Below, piece after piece: positions 1 to 9,649 of a stretch of DNA of 64,000 nt. Location of the stretch: positions 13,232 to 77,231 of the forward strand of contig JAQVBQ010000007.1 in assembly GCA_028690215.1 (NCBI GenBank). The letters are read 5' to 3'. The translations under genes were made by a program, and so were the position numbers. The stretch is from Bacteroidales bacterium (GTDB lineage Bacteria; Bacteroidota; Bacteroidia; Bacteroidales; UBA932). The notes beneath the pieces were generated by a model, which searched no databases, was not told where the DNA came from, and saw nothing but the letters and a program-made list of their open reading frames with translations. Each line of letters starts with the position of its first letter. Positions within the stretch are counted from its first letter, which is position 1.

Positions 1-201
1 TTCATACACTCTTTCGGTGATACACACATATATACAAACCATTTTGAACAAGTGGAGCTGCAACTTACACGCACCCCCCGGCCGCTCCCGAAAATGATTA
101 TCAACCCGGATATAAAAGATATATTCAGTTTCAAATACGAAGATTTCAAGCTGGAGGGATATGACCCATATCCCGGAATCAAGGCCCCGATTGCGGTCTG
201 A
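1..201 (+). CDS. thyA: Thymidylate synthase, C-terminal fragment (runs off the window start)
   Basis: Frame 1 reads [22 protein letters not shown]...[14 protein letters not shown]. This has the ThyA GDxHIYxNH motif and typical C-terminus, and lies upstream of folA. Not in the ORF track. Confidence 0.95.
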   Translation, partial: FIHSFGDTHIYTNHFEQVELQLTRTPRPLPKMIINPDIKDIFSFKYEDFKLEGYDPYPGIKAPIAV

Positions 202-236
202 CCCATTTTATAGAATAGTCAGTAAACCAATGGAAT

Positions 237-776
237 ATGACACCTGAAAAACCAACCATCTCTATTATTGTAGCTTTTGCCGACAACAGAGCAATCGGAG
301 GGGACAACCGCCTTCTGTGGCATATTTCTGAAGACCTTCGATATTTCAAGAGTATCACAGGAGGCCATACTATTATCATGGGGAGAAAAACATGGGAATC
401 TATAGGAAGGCCTCTTCCCAACAGAAGAAATATTGTTGTCAGCCGTTCCCTCAGCGGAAATCATATTCCGGGGATTGAATTCTACCCCTCTTTTGAGGAG
501 GCCATTGAGGCTGCCTCAAAACCCAAAGAGCCGGCACAGCCAAATGAAGCCGCCGAAGAAATATTTGTGATTGGTGGTGGTGAATTATACCGCCAGGCTA
601 TTCCTGTGGCCAAAAAAATCTATGCAACACTGGTTCACACCACCTTCGAAGATGCAGACACTTTTTTCCCAAAAATCAACCTTTCTGAATGGAAGGAGAT
701 TTACAGGGAGTCATTTCAGCATGGGGAAAAATTTGAATATCCGTTTGAATTTGTTGTCGTTGAACGTAATGGTTAA
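237..776 (+). CDS. folA: Dihydrofolate reductase
   Basis: AIG..N.L.W..SEDL.YFK, IMGRKTWESI, PLPNRRNIVVS, IGGGELY and DTFFP motifs. Confidence 0.96.
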   Translation: MTPEKPTISIIVAFADNRAIGGDNRLLWHISEDLRYFKSITGGHTIIMGRKTWESIGRPLPNRRNIVVSRSLSGNHIPGIEFYPSFEEAIEAASKPKEPAQPNEAAEEIFVIGGGELYRQAIPVAKKIYATLVHTTFEDADTFFPKINLSEWKEIYRESFQHGEKFEYPFEFVVVERNG

Positions 777-840
777 GTAATTACATTTTTCTGATAAACA
801 AAAATCACTCTTGTCTGTTATTACAATAAACAAGAGATTT

Positions 841-1560
841 ATGAGAAATATAATATCACTATTGATTTTAACAGCTGTGCCTTTTCTGACATCAGCTCAG
901 AACAATAACGGAATATCTAACAATAAAAAAAGTATATCAATGAAAGCAATAAACACACTCGAATTTCCACAACTTCCATATTCAACAGACGCACTCGAAC
1001 CATTCATCGACCAGCAGACAGTCGAGATTCACTATGGTAAACACCAGAAGGCATACTTTGACAATTTCCTTGCAGCAGTCAAAGGAACAGATGCAGAGAA
1101 GCTGACAATCCTGGAGGTATTCAAGAACATCAGCAAGTACCCTGTAGCTGTCAAAAACAACGGAGGCGGATTTTACAATCACGTGATCTATTGGGAGAGC
1201 ATTAAGCCAAACAGTGGTAAACCATCTGCCAAACTTTTAGAAGCAATCAACAAAAAGTTCGGTTCGTTGGATGAATTGAAAAAGCAGTTTACCGATGCAG
1301 GCAAGACTCGTTTTGGAAGCGGTTGGGCTTGGCTGAGCGTTGATGGTAAAGGTGAGCTTTTTGTCTCCTCAACAGCAAACCAGGAGAGTCCTCTGATGGA
1401 TGTAGCCGAGAAGCAGGGGACACCGATTCTTGCAATGGATGTGTGGGAACATGCATACTATCTCAAGTATCAGAACAGACGCCCAGACTACATTGAGTCG
1501 TTCTGGCAAATCATCAACTGGGATGTTGTCTCAAAAAAGTATGAGGCACTCGTAAAATAA
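841..1560 (+). CDS. Fe/Mn superoxide dismutase with N-terminal signal peptide
   Basis: Metal-ligand motifs HYGKH, NNGGGFYNH, FGSGWAWL and DVWEHAYY. ATG 841 is preferred over TTG 811. An internal Met lies at 940. Confidence 0.93.
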   Translation: MRNIISLLILTAVPFLTSAQNNNGISNNKKSISMKAINTLEFPQLPYSTDALEPFIDQQTVEIHYGKHQKAYFDNFLAAVKGTDAEKLTILEVFKNISKYPVAVKNNGGGFYNHVIYWESIKPNSGKPSAKLLEAINKKFGSLDELKKQFTDAGKTRFGSGWAWLSVDGKGELFVSSTANQESPLMDVAEKQGTPILAMDVWEHAYYLKYQNRRPDYIESFWQIINWDVVSKKYEALVK

Positions 1561-1575
1561 ACAAATAAATGGCAT

Positions 1576-1659
1576 ATCAATACCTTCGTAAAAATTGATG
1601 AAAGATTAAAATCATATAGTTAAGTAATATAATCTTAGTCAGTTTTACGAAGTTTTGAT
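1576..1659. repeat. Long imperfect inverted repeat between convergent sod and NMO genes
   Basis: CTTCGTAAAA (1584-1593) pairs with TTTTACGAAG (1643-1652), with inner AAGATTA/TAATCTT and outer ATCAA/TTGAT arms. Confidence 0.6.
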
Positions 1660-1661
1660 TG

Positions 1662-2573
1662 TCATTGACTTATAAGATCCTTGATAATATCAGCGGCAGA
1701 CTCCTCTTTGGAAACCATAGATGCAGCCTGCCCTATTTCAAGTTCCCCCTCGGAAAGGTCGCCTTCGAAGATTCCCTTCTTTGCGCGGCCTTTTCCTAAT
1801 ATATCGCGGAGCTCTTCTTCAGATGCTCCCCTGTTTTCAGCAATCTCAACTGCTTTTGAAAAATCGTTATCCACAAGTCTTGTGGGAGCGAGTTTTTTAA
1901 GTAGCAGTTTAGTTCCACCCTCTTTTAAACCTCTGCATCTCTCTTTGAACAGAGGATGTGCCGAACTCTCAACACAGAGGGCAAACCGTGTGCCTATCTG
2001 CACACCTTCGGCTCCCAACACAAAGGCTGCCTCATAACTTTGACGTGAAGCAACACCTCCGGCTGCGATTAAAGGTATATCTATTACCTGCCTCACATTC
2101 GGAATCAGACAAAAAGTTGTGGTCTCCTCCCTTCCGTTATGTCCGCCGGCCTCAAATCCCTCAGCAACAACAGCATCCACACCCGCCTCCTGACATTTAA
2201 CAGCAAATGCTGCACTTGAAACCACATGAGCAACCTTTATTTCATGCTCTTTCAAGAAAGAAGTCCATTTTTTGGGAGAACCGGCCGAAGTGAATACAAT
2301 AGGGACTCTCTCTTCGACAATAATCTTCATAATATCCTCAATCTGGGGATATAAAAGCGGCACATTCACCCCGAAGGGCTTGTCGGTCGCAGCCCTACAA
2401 CTTTGAATATGATGTCTGAGATTGTCCGGATGCATTGATCCGGCTCCAATAAGGCCCAGTCCACCGGCATTACTCACCGCGGCGGCAAGACGCCAGCCGC
2501 TGCACCACACCATTCCACCCTGAATTATCGGATACTCTATTCCAAAAAGCTTACATACCCTGTTTTCCATCAC
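1662..2573 (-). CDS. Nitronate monooxygenase / FabK-like flavin oxidoreductase
   Basis: YPIIQGGM, NAGGLGLIG, EGFEAGGH, PLIAAGG and GVQIGTRF motifs. Confidence 0.88.
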   Translation of the reverse strand: MMENRVCKLFGIEYPIIQGGMVWCSGWRLAAAVSNAGGLGLIGAGSMHPDNLRHHIQSCRAATDKPFGVNVPLLYPQIEDIMKIIVEERVPIVFTSAGSPKKWTSFLKEHEIKVAHVVSSAAFAVKCQEAGVDAVVAEGFEAGGHNGREETTTFCLIPNVRQVIDIPLIAAGGVASRQSYEAAFVLGAEGVQIGTRFALCVESSAHPLFKERCRGLKEGGTKLLLKKLAPTRLVDNDFSKAVEIAENRGASEEELRDILGKGRAKKGIFEGDLSEGELEIGQAASMVSKEESAADIIKDLISQ

Positions 2574-2596
2574 ATTTGTCCTTTTACTGAATGAGG

Positions 2597-2632
2597 CAAA
2601 TATAGGTAAAAGCCAACATTTTTTTATCTTTG
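2597..2632. promoter_or_regulatory. Divergent Bacteroidetes -7 promoter elements (NMO and transporter)
   Basis: TATATTTG on minus (2597-2604) and TATCTTTG on plus (2625-2632) match TAnnTTTG. Confidence 0.65.
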
Positions 2633-2653
2633 TTTAAACTTAAGACTTATTTT

Positions 2654-4018
2654 ATGACAAACTCAAAAAGAGACGGCTTCGGAAGCCGTTTCGGTGTTCT
2701 GGTTGCTGTAGCCGGATCGGCCATAGGCCTGGGAAACCTGTGGAGATTCCCCTATCTGGTGGGAAACAACGGAGGAGCCGCATTCATTGTTGTATACATT
2801 ACTATGGCAATTGTGCTGTGCCTGCCGATAATGATATCTGAATTCGTAATCGGAAGGCGTACACAGTCCAACGCAATCGGTGCCGTGAAAAAGCTTGCAC
2901 CTAAATCCGGATGGCTTTCGATTGGAGTTATAAGTGTGGCAACAGCCTTTATGATATCTTGCTTCTATTCGGTTGTAGGCGGGTGGACCCTTGAGTATAT
3001 TGTTAAATCATTCTCCTCAGGATTTCTTGTAAACGATAACAGCACTCTCGCAAAGACATTCTCGAACTTTACGACATCCCCTGTAAGGCCGGCCGTTATG
3101 ATGCTTATATATCTGGCCATTAACGCCTTTATTGTATCTGCCGGAATCAAAAACGGAATTGAAAAGTATGCAAAGATACTTATGCCTGCTCTTTTTGTCC
3201 TTATCATAATCCTTGCAATCCGGTCCCTGACTCTTCCCGGAGCACAGGCCGGCCTCAGCTTCCTCTTCAATCCGGATTTTTCGAAACTTACTGCCGGCAG
3301 TGTTCTTGCTGCTCTCGGTCAGGCATTTTTCTCACTTAGTGTGGGAATGGGATGTATAATAACTTACGGCTCATATGTTGACAAAAAAGAGAATCTGATG
3401 AACATCTCCCTGACAACGGCAATAGCAGATACTACTTTTGCTATACTTGCCGGCCTGGCGATTATTCCCGCAGTATTTGCATTTGGGATATCTCCGGGAG
3501 AGGGACCGGGTCTTGTTTTCATCACCCTGCCGCAGATTTTTGCACAAATGCCTTTCGGACAGGCCATATCGTTTGTATTCTTTGTTATTTTACTTGTAGC
3601 TGCCATAACCTCGTCAATATCTCTTCTGGAGGTTGTTGTGGCTTATTTTGTTGAAGAGTTGAAAATGAGCCGCAGAGTAGCTACAATGATTACTTTTTCT
3701 GTAATTGGCCTGTTTGGCGTACTTTGCTCACTCTCTCTGGGGGAGCTGAAAGAGATCACCCTTTTCGGTAAAAACATGTTTGACCTTTTCGACTACACTA
3801 CGTCAAACATTATGCTGCCTGCCGGCGGGCTGCTGATCGTCCTTTTTGTCGGATGGAAGATGAAACAAGAGGATGTTCAGGACGAGCTTTTCAATCAAGG
3901 ATCAATTCCTTTCAAAAAAAGCCTGTTCAAGGGAATTATAATAGGCATAAAATTCCTGGCTCCGATAGCAATTGCCTTTATTTTACTGAATGGAATAGGA
4001 TTGATAAGGCTTTTTTAG
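2654..4018 (+). CDS. Sodium-dependent transporter, NSS/SNF family
   Basis: GSAIGLGNLWRFPY, GGAAF, GQAFFSLS and GPGLVFITLP motifs. Start moved to ATG 2654 because TTG 2630 lies inside the -7 element. Confidence 0.93.
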   Translation: MTNSKRDGFGSRFGVLVAVAGSAIGLGNLWRFPYLVGNNGGAAFIVVYITMAIVLCLPIMISEFVIGRRTQSNAIGAVKKLAPKSGWLSIGVISVATAFMISCFYSVVGGWTLEYIVKSFSSGFLVNDNSTLAKTFSNFTTSPVRPAVMMLIYLAINAFIVSAGIKNGIEKYAKILMPALFVLIIILAIRSLTLPGAQAGLSFLFNPDFSKLTAGSVLAALGQAFFSLSVGMGCIITYGSYVDKKENLMNISLTTAIADTTFAILAGLAIIPAVFAFGISPGEGPGLVFITLPQIFAQMPFGQAISFVFFVILLVAAITSSISLLEVVVAYFVEELKMSRRVATMITFSVIGLFGVLCSLSLGELKEITLFGKNMFDLFDYTTSNIMLPAGGLLIVLFVGWKMKQEDVQDELFNQGSIPFKKSLFKGIIIGIKFLAPIAIAFILLNGIGLIRLF

Positions 4019-4168
4019 ATGTAAACTTAGCGCTCCACAAATTTTCACTAATTTCTGATTATCAGGCTTATGCCATTCAAAAAATCGAAACTTGGCGCTC
4101 TTTGCTTCATAAAACACTAAAAGCAATGCGATTATATGTAAATTAGCCATACCTAACCTAACCTTTAC

Positions 4169-5419
4169 ATGAAAAGATATATTTTTAGAACACTCCTACT
4201 AATATTGGTTACAACCAATATATACTCCTGCAAGTCCGACAAGCGGAATAACGGTCCTATCTTGATAGACGTTGAGGAGGCCGTGGGAAATTATAAAACA
4301 GGGAAACTCAGCAATTACTTACAAGATATCCGTTACATTAAGCTTGAGACCACAGACAGCTCCCTGCTCGGTGATATTATTGATATCTGTTATGAGAACG
4401 GCCATTTTTACATCTCTGATGTTAACGACTGCTGTAAGATTTTTGACGAAAACGGAAAGTTTATCCGCTCAATCAAGAGAGTCGGCAGGGGACCCGAAGA
4501 GTATGGTGAAATCAGAAACATCTCTGTCAACCCGACTAATGGTAACTTACTCATACTCTGTTCCGAATCAGAAATAGTCGAATATAAAGTAACCGGAGAG
4601 TTTGTAAGGAGGATAGCCACTCCTGAAGGTTCTGGCAATCCTTACAGTTTCATGCCCCTTGGGAACGACAACTTTTTTATAGGTTCCTTTAAGTTCCAGA
4701 ATAGTGGTTCTACTGAAAATTGTTATGCAATAATAGACGATAGTCTCAATGTCCTTCGCTCAGGGTCAGATGCTAACGGATATTTACTGAGTAAAGCCGG
4801 AAGCCAGGCTTCCGTCATCGCAATAGATCCTTACAATGTGTACCGATACGGCAAGGATTTCTATTCATCACAGACAAGCAACGACACAATATACCGAATT
4901 GTACCGGATAGTTCATACAAATTCACTCCTCATATCATTTTCAACCTGGGCAAGTACAAGGATGAGAGTATAAGGTCAATCATGCCTGATAAAGCTTTCG
5001 AGAAAAAAGTGATTACTAAGTACTCCGCTATTTTTGAAACCGATAAGAATATCTTTATAAAATTCGATTTGAGAGCTCTGGCTCCGGAGCCTTTTGAAAG
5101 AAATACAGAGGTGTCGTATCCGGGAAGTAGTCCTGTTGAGATGACAACAACCGTTTGTGGAATCTATGATAAGGAAAAGGAGCAACTCTCGCTTTTAAAA
5201 CAACCGGTAAAACGAAGAATCGGCCTGAATGACGATATAAAGGGGGGGCCGGTTTTCTGGCCTGTATTTTCAACATCGAAAGGTGAACTGATTTCATATT
5301 TCAATGCTGTCAATCTGATTACGATGGCAGAAGAGGAGGGTGAAAATTACCCCGGAATATCCCAAATCACTGAAAATCTTGGAGAAAACGACAACCCAAT
5401 AATTGTCGTTGCACGTTAA
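4169..5419 (+). CDS. 6-bladed beta-propeller lipoprotein (DUF4934-like), paralog 1
   Basis: Lipobox-like IYSC-KSDK; YIKLETTDSSL, GRGPEEY, GGPVFWP and C-terminal NDNPIIVV are shared with the next two genes. Confidence 0.75.
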   Translation: MKRYIFRTLLLILVTTNIYSCKSDKRNNGPILIDVEEAVGNYKTGKLSNYLQDIRYIKLETTDSSLLGDIIDICYENGHFYISDVNDCCKIFDENGKFIRSIKRVGRGPEEYGEIRNISVNPTNGNLLILCSESEIVEYKVTGEFVRRIATPEGSGNPYSFMPLGNDNFFIGSFKFQNSGSTENCYAIIDDSLNVLRSGSDANGYLLSKAGSQASVIAIDPYNVYRYGKDFYSSQTSNDTIYRIVPDSSYKFTPHIIFNLGKYKDESIRSIMPDKAFEKKVITKYSAIFETDKNIFIKFDLRALAPEPFERNTEVSYPGSSPVEMTTTVCGIYDKEKEQLSLLKQPVKRRIGLNDDIKGGPVFWPVFSTSKGELISYFNAVNLITMAEEEGENYPGISQITENLGENDNPIIVVAR

Positions 5420-5473
5420 AAAAATTACCTGATTTTATACAAATATTAGATAATCCTGAAAATTAAGGATGTA

Positions 5474-5488
5474 CGGCATGTATTTTGA
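5474..5488 (+). promoter_or_regulatory. Possible sigma-54-type (-24/-12) promoter
   Basis: CGGCATGTATTTTGA has GG-N10-GA spacing and lies about 55 bp upstream of ATG 5544. Confidence 0.35.
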
Positions 5489-5543
5489 GATGTTTTTCCT
5501 GTTCTGCCCCAGGTAACCCTAAACTGTAATATTCATCCATGCT

Positions 5544-6818
5544 ATGAAAAAATCTGTTACCTTGATTCAGTGCGCCATTCTTCTATTAAGCTCCACGTTT
5601 TTAATCTCCTGTAAATCTGACACAAGGGCGACGGGTAACATTATCGACATCGCCGCCGCCATCAACGACGGCCGGGTTGTAAACCTAAGCGAAATCGCCG
5701 GGGAGATTGCTTATATCCCTTTTGAAACCACAGACAGCTCGCTTGTGATCGAACCGAATAATGCCAGACAGCCGTTCATCTATGAGAACGAAACCTTCTA
5801 CACTAGCACCGGTGATGTATTCAAACTCTTTGATAAAAACGGGAAGTTTCTCCGGTCATTCGACAGGACAGGAAGAGGCCCCCAGGAATTCTTGTATGGT
5901 TTTCTTGATGGAGTAGACCCAAACAGCGGTAATATTATAGTTGAGAATGTTTCCCCTATTTCTATTATCGAGTATTCTGATGAAGGGAATTTTGTAAGAA
6001 AGGTACTTGCACCGGCTGACAGCGTTTTCACCAGTGGGCAAGTCAAAATCGCAAAAATAGGTGAAAACAGATACATCGCAACTTTTTTCAATATCAGGAG
6101 TAACCCGGATTTTTGTGCCTTTATATTTGATTCCCTGTCAAACATAGTTACAAAGGTTCCTATTCCCAAGATTGAAATTCCAATAATTGGGATAAAAGTT
6201 ACATCTAGAGGTGCCTCAACAATACGTGAAGAAAAAAAACTCACCCTTTACTTTTACATGTTCAAAAATCAGCCCCGCATAAGTATCTCCTCTTGCGGTT
6301 ATATTCTCTCTATAAATGCGGAAAACACAGTTGACACCCTCTATAAGATAAACCTCGGAGAGTACAGAATAACAAATGCAAACCGTGAAAAGGCAAAGGC
6401 TAAGGATTCAAAGTTTATTTATGTGTCCGACATGTTACTGGAGACAGAGAATCAGATTATATTTAAAAGTGTCAATCTAAAGGGTCTGAACAATGATCCT
6501 TTGGTCTCAAGTGAAACCAAGTCAATGTATAAACGTGCAATTGTCATGTTTGACAAAAACAGTTACAAGGTCACAATCCTGCATTTGCCTGAGAAGGATA
6601 GCCCGGGATTTAAGGAGGATCTTAAAGGAGGCCCGGCTTTCCTTCCCAAAGCTGTATCAAATGACGGCAAGACGCTGATTGGTTATGTCAGTGCAATAGA
6701 TTTGAAAATGTATGTTGAGGAGCATGATTGTTCCGATGAGCTTGAGAAATTAGGTGAAAAACTCGATGAGAGCGACAATCTTGTAGCTATCCTTGTAAAA
6801 TTAAAAGAGAATAAATAA
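5544..6818 (+). CDS. 6-bladed beta-propeller lipoprotein, paralog 2
   Basis: LISC-KSD lipobox; NLSEIA, YIPFETTDSSL, GRGPQEF, GGPAFLP and ESDNLVAILVKLK. Confidence 0.75.
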   Translation: MKKSVTLIQCAILLLSSTFLISCKSDTRATGNIIDIAAAINDGRVVNLSEIAGEIAYIPFETTDSSLVIEPNNARQPFIYENETFYTSTGDVFKLFDKNGKFLRSFDRTGRGPQEFLYGFLDGVDPNSGNIIVENVSPISIIEYSDEGNFVRKVLAPADSVFTSGQVKIAKIGENRYIATFFNIRSNPDFCAFIFDSLSNIVTKVPIPKIEIPIIGIKVTSRGASTIREEKKLTLYFYMFKNQPRISISSCGYILSINAENTVDTLYKINLGEYRITNANREKAKAKDSKFIYVSDMLLETENQIIFKSVNLKGLNNDPLVSSETKSMYKRAIVMFDKNSYKVTILHLPEKDSPGFKEDLKGGPAFLPKAVSNDGKTLIGYVSAIDLKMYVEEHDCSDELEKLGEKLDESDNLVAILVKLKENK

Positions 6819-6826
6819 CAATCGAT

Positions 6827-8131
6827 ATGAAAAGCCCGATAATTTTTATTATCAAGCACGTAGCTTACCTGATAATCGCCATAATGCTCATTTCTTGCAG
6901 CACGGCCAAAGAAAATGAAAACAAGGTAATTGACATTGCCGGTGCCCTTTCCAATGCACGGGTTGCCAACCTCAGCGAAATAGCTGAAGATATTACCTAT
7001 ATTCCGCTTCAGACAACTGAAAACGGTGTCGTGGGCGAGATGATCGGAGTATCCAAGCCTATGCTCTTTGAAAAAGAGACTTTCATTCTATTTGACAACA
7101 ATAAGGTTTTCAAACTCTTCGACAAAGAGGGCAACTTTATAAAGACCATTGATCACAACGGCAGAGGCCCGCAGGAGTACGCCTTTCCAACCAAGGAAGG
7201 ATACAATTACAGCACAGGAAGGCTCTTTGTTTCCGATGCCACAGGAGATATCTGCGAATATAACATTGACGGTGATTTCGTATACAGGGTAAAAGTTCCC
7301 GCAGAGACAGAGAATCGTAGAATTGGCGTTTCAACATTCATGACTGATGGAAATTACATATGTTCGATTGGTATAACGGAAGAGATTGACGGCACACCTC
7401 CGCCTGATAAAAGCACCCTCGCCTTTATATACGATAAAGACTCAAAGGTTATAGGAAAAATCCTCAACAGAGATACAACCTCAGCTGAAGGTAAGGTAAA
7501 AAGGGGAAGTATGATGGTTGGTGGCTCGGTTGTGCAGTTTACAACGGTGAGCGCTAAATTATTACAGACATATCTGTTTCATGACAAAACCCGGGCTACT
7601 ATCAGCGGTGAAAATGTAATTTACAACCTTAACGAACAATATCAGCTAGATAGCCTCTATATTTTCAACCTTGGAGAGTATGCTCCAACTCCTGAAACAG
7701 AGTCGCAAATGTTCAACCAAGACATAGAAATAATAAACAACATCATGACAGGCCTTGAGAGTGACAATCAGATCTTTCTCTGGTTGAACCTCAGAGGATT
7801 GTACAAAAAGTATCTATCTCCAGTAACGACTGGGGCAGGAACAGTGGCAACGACCATGGCCTACGGATATTTCGACAAGAAAAAGGGTGAGACTGTAATC
7901 ATGAAAGAGCCTTCAGAGGGCATGAGGGGCTTCAAGGATGACCTCAGGGGCGGACCTGCATTCTGGCCAAAATCAATAACCAGTGACGGAAAATACATGG
8001 TAGGATATATCGATGCGATAAAATTCATAACTTACGCAGAGGATAACGACTGCCCGGAAAACATCAAGAAGATGGCAGAAAACATTGACGAGAACGACAA
8101 CCCGATAGCAATACTGGTTAAACTCAAATAG
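6827..8131 (+). CDS. 6-bladed beta-propeller lipoprotein, paralog 3
   Basis: LISC lipobox; NLSEIA, YIPLQTT, GRGPQEY, GGPAFWP and ENDNPIAILVKLK. Confidence 0.75.
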   Translation: MKSPIIFIIKHVAYLIIAIMLISCSTAKENENKVIDIAGALSNARVANLSEIAEDITYIPLQTTENGVVGEMIGVSKPMLFEKETFILFDNNKVFKLFDKEGNFIKTIDHNGRGPQEYAFPTKEGYNYSTGRLFVSDATGDICEYNIDGDFVYRVKVPAETENRRIGVSTFMTDGNYICSIGITEEIDGTPPPDKSTLAFIYDKDSKVIGKILNRDTTSAEGKVKRGSMMVGGSVVQFTTVSAKLLQTYLFHDKTRATISGENVIYNLNEQYQLDSLYIFNLGEYAPTPETESQMFNQDIEIINNIMTGLESDNQIFLWLNLRGLYKKYLSPVTTGAGTVATTMAYGYFDKKKGETVIMKEPSEGMRGFKDDLRGGPAFWPKSITSDGKYMVGYIDAIKFITYAEDNDCPENIKKMAENIDENDNPIAILVKLK

Positions 8132-8140
8132 TAAAAGTAG

Positions 8141-9643
8141 ATGGTAAGAATTGCCTTTTTTACACTTTTGTCTGTAATATCCATAACAGGATTTTCTCAG
8201 ACACAAAATGTACAATCCAACGAACATAGATTGAGAATGACTCTGGACGAAGCAATCGCTACGGCAAGGGAGCAGTCTCCTACAGCAATGATTGCAAAAT
8301 ACAACTTTCTTGCAGGGTATTGGAGGTACCGTACATTTAAGGCAAAATTCCTTCCATCGCTCAATCTAAATGCAACACTGGGAAGCTACAACCGCTACCT
8401 GGCAAAACTGCAGGACGCAGAGACAGGAAAGTACAATTATGTTGATAATAACAATATGAGCAACAGCCTCTCTCTGTCGGTTGATCAAAACATCGGGCTT
8501 ACAGGAGGAACCATCTCCCTGACCTCGTCTCTCAACAGGCTGGACCAATTTGCTCCAAATGACAATCTAACATACAACTCGACACCTATTAGCATTGTCT
8601 TTAAACAGCCGATAAACGGATACAACACCTTCAGGTGGGAAAAGATAATACAACCTAAGGAGTATGAGCGTGTTCAAAGAGAGTACCTTGAGAGCATGGA
8701 GAGTATTAATGTTGAGACTTCCAGACTTTTTTTCTCAGTCCTCTCAGCTCAAAAGAGTCTTGAAATGGCAGAGAAGAATTTTGCTGCAACCCAATTGTCA
8801 GTCAGTATTGCAGAAAAGAGGTACGAAATAGGGTCCATCACAAATAATGAGTTGTTGCAGCTGAAGATGAGCCTCTATAATGCACAGCTTGATATAAACG
8901 ACGGCAAGATGACTTTCGAATCCGAGATGCTCAAACTAAGAAGCTATCTTGGATATAACGAAAGTGTTACAATAGAGCTCGTGATGCCCGGAATGGGGCC
9001 TGAGATGCAGCTTGATTACATGGATGTCCTGAATCGGGCACTCAAGAACTCATCTGAAAACCTCAGAAATGAGCTCGATATGCTCTCTGCAAGGCAAGAG
9101 GTGGCTGAGGCCAAATCTAATACCGGGTTAAATGCATCGATCTTTGCTCAGTTAGGTGTTAACCAGAAAGGAGAGAAGATTGCAGAATCTTATAGAAACC
9201 CTATGGATCAAGAGATTGTCGGTTTAAGCCTCTCCCTCCCCATACTTGACTGGGGTCTTGGCCGTGGAAAGATAAAGCTCGCAAAATCAAGGGAAGAGAT
9301 TGCAAAGACACAGATAGAACAGAAAGAATCTAAATACCGCCAGGAGATATTGATACAGGTTATGCAATTCAACAATCAGAATATGCAATGCAGCATCTCC
9401 GCCCGCAATGACTCCATCGCAAAGCTCCGATATGATATTACCATGGAGCGTTTCAAGAACGGCTCGATTACAGTGACCGATCTCAACACCGCACAATCGG
9501 AGAAAGACGCTGCAGTCAAAAGATATATCTCCGATCTTAGCAACTATTGGGAATATTTCTACTCCATACGAAAAGTATCTCTATACGACTACATAACCAA
9601 AAAAGAGATAACCACAGACTTTAACCTTCTAACAGAAAACTAA
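8141..9643 (+). CDS. TolC-family outer membrane efflux protein
   Basis: Signal peptide (FS|Q), TLDEAIATA, LPSLNL, RYEIGSIT..ELLQ, LSLPILDWG and RFKNGSITVTDL OEP repeats; precedes the adaptor and RND genes. Confidence 0.9.
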   Translation: MVRIAFFTLLSVISITGFSQTQNVQSNEHRLRMTLDEAIATAREQSPTAMIAKYNFLAGYWRYRTFKAKFLPSLNLNATLGSYNRYLAKLQDAETGKYNYVDNNNMSNSLSLSVDQNIGLTGGTISLTSSLNRLDQFAPNDNLTYNSTPISIVFKQPINGYNTFRWEKIIQPKEYERVQREYLESMESINVETSRLFFSVLSAQKSLEMAEKNFAATQLSVSIAEKRYEIGSITNNELLQLKMSLYNAQLDINDGKMTFESEMLKLRSYLGYNESVTIELVMPGMGPEMQLDYMDVLNRALKNSSENLRNELDMLSARQEVAEAKSNTGLNASIFAQLGVNQKGEKIAESYRNPMDQEIVGLSLSLPILDWGLGRGKIKLAKSREEIAKTQIEQKESKYRQEILIQVMQFNNQNMQCSISARNDSIAKLRYDITMERFKNGSITVTDLNTAQSEKDAAVKRYISDLSNYWEYFYSIRKVSLYDYITKKEITTDFNLLTEN

Positions 9644-9649
9644 ACCACT

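Noticed and set aside
1867-1875. Perfect DnaA box TTATCCACA inside the NMO gene (another at 32845-32853 in the ppiD-like gene)
   Set aside because: Isolated and within coding sequence, with no neighbouring boxes; compatible with chance.
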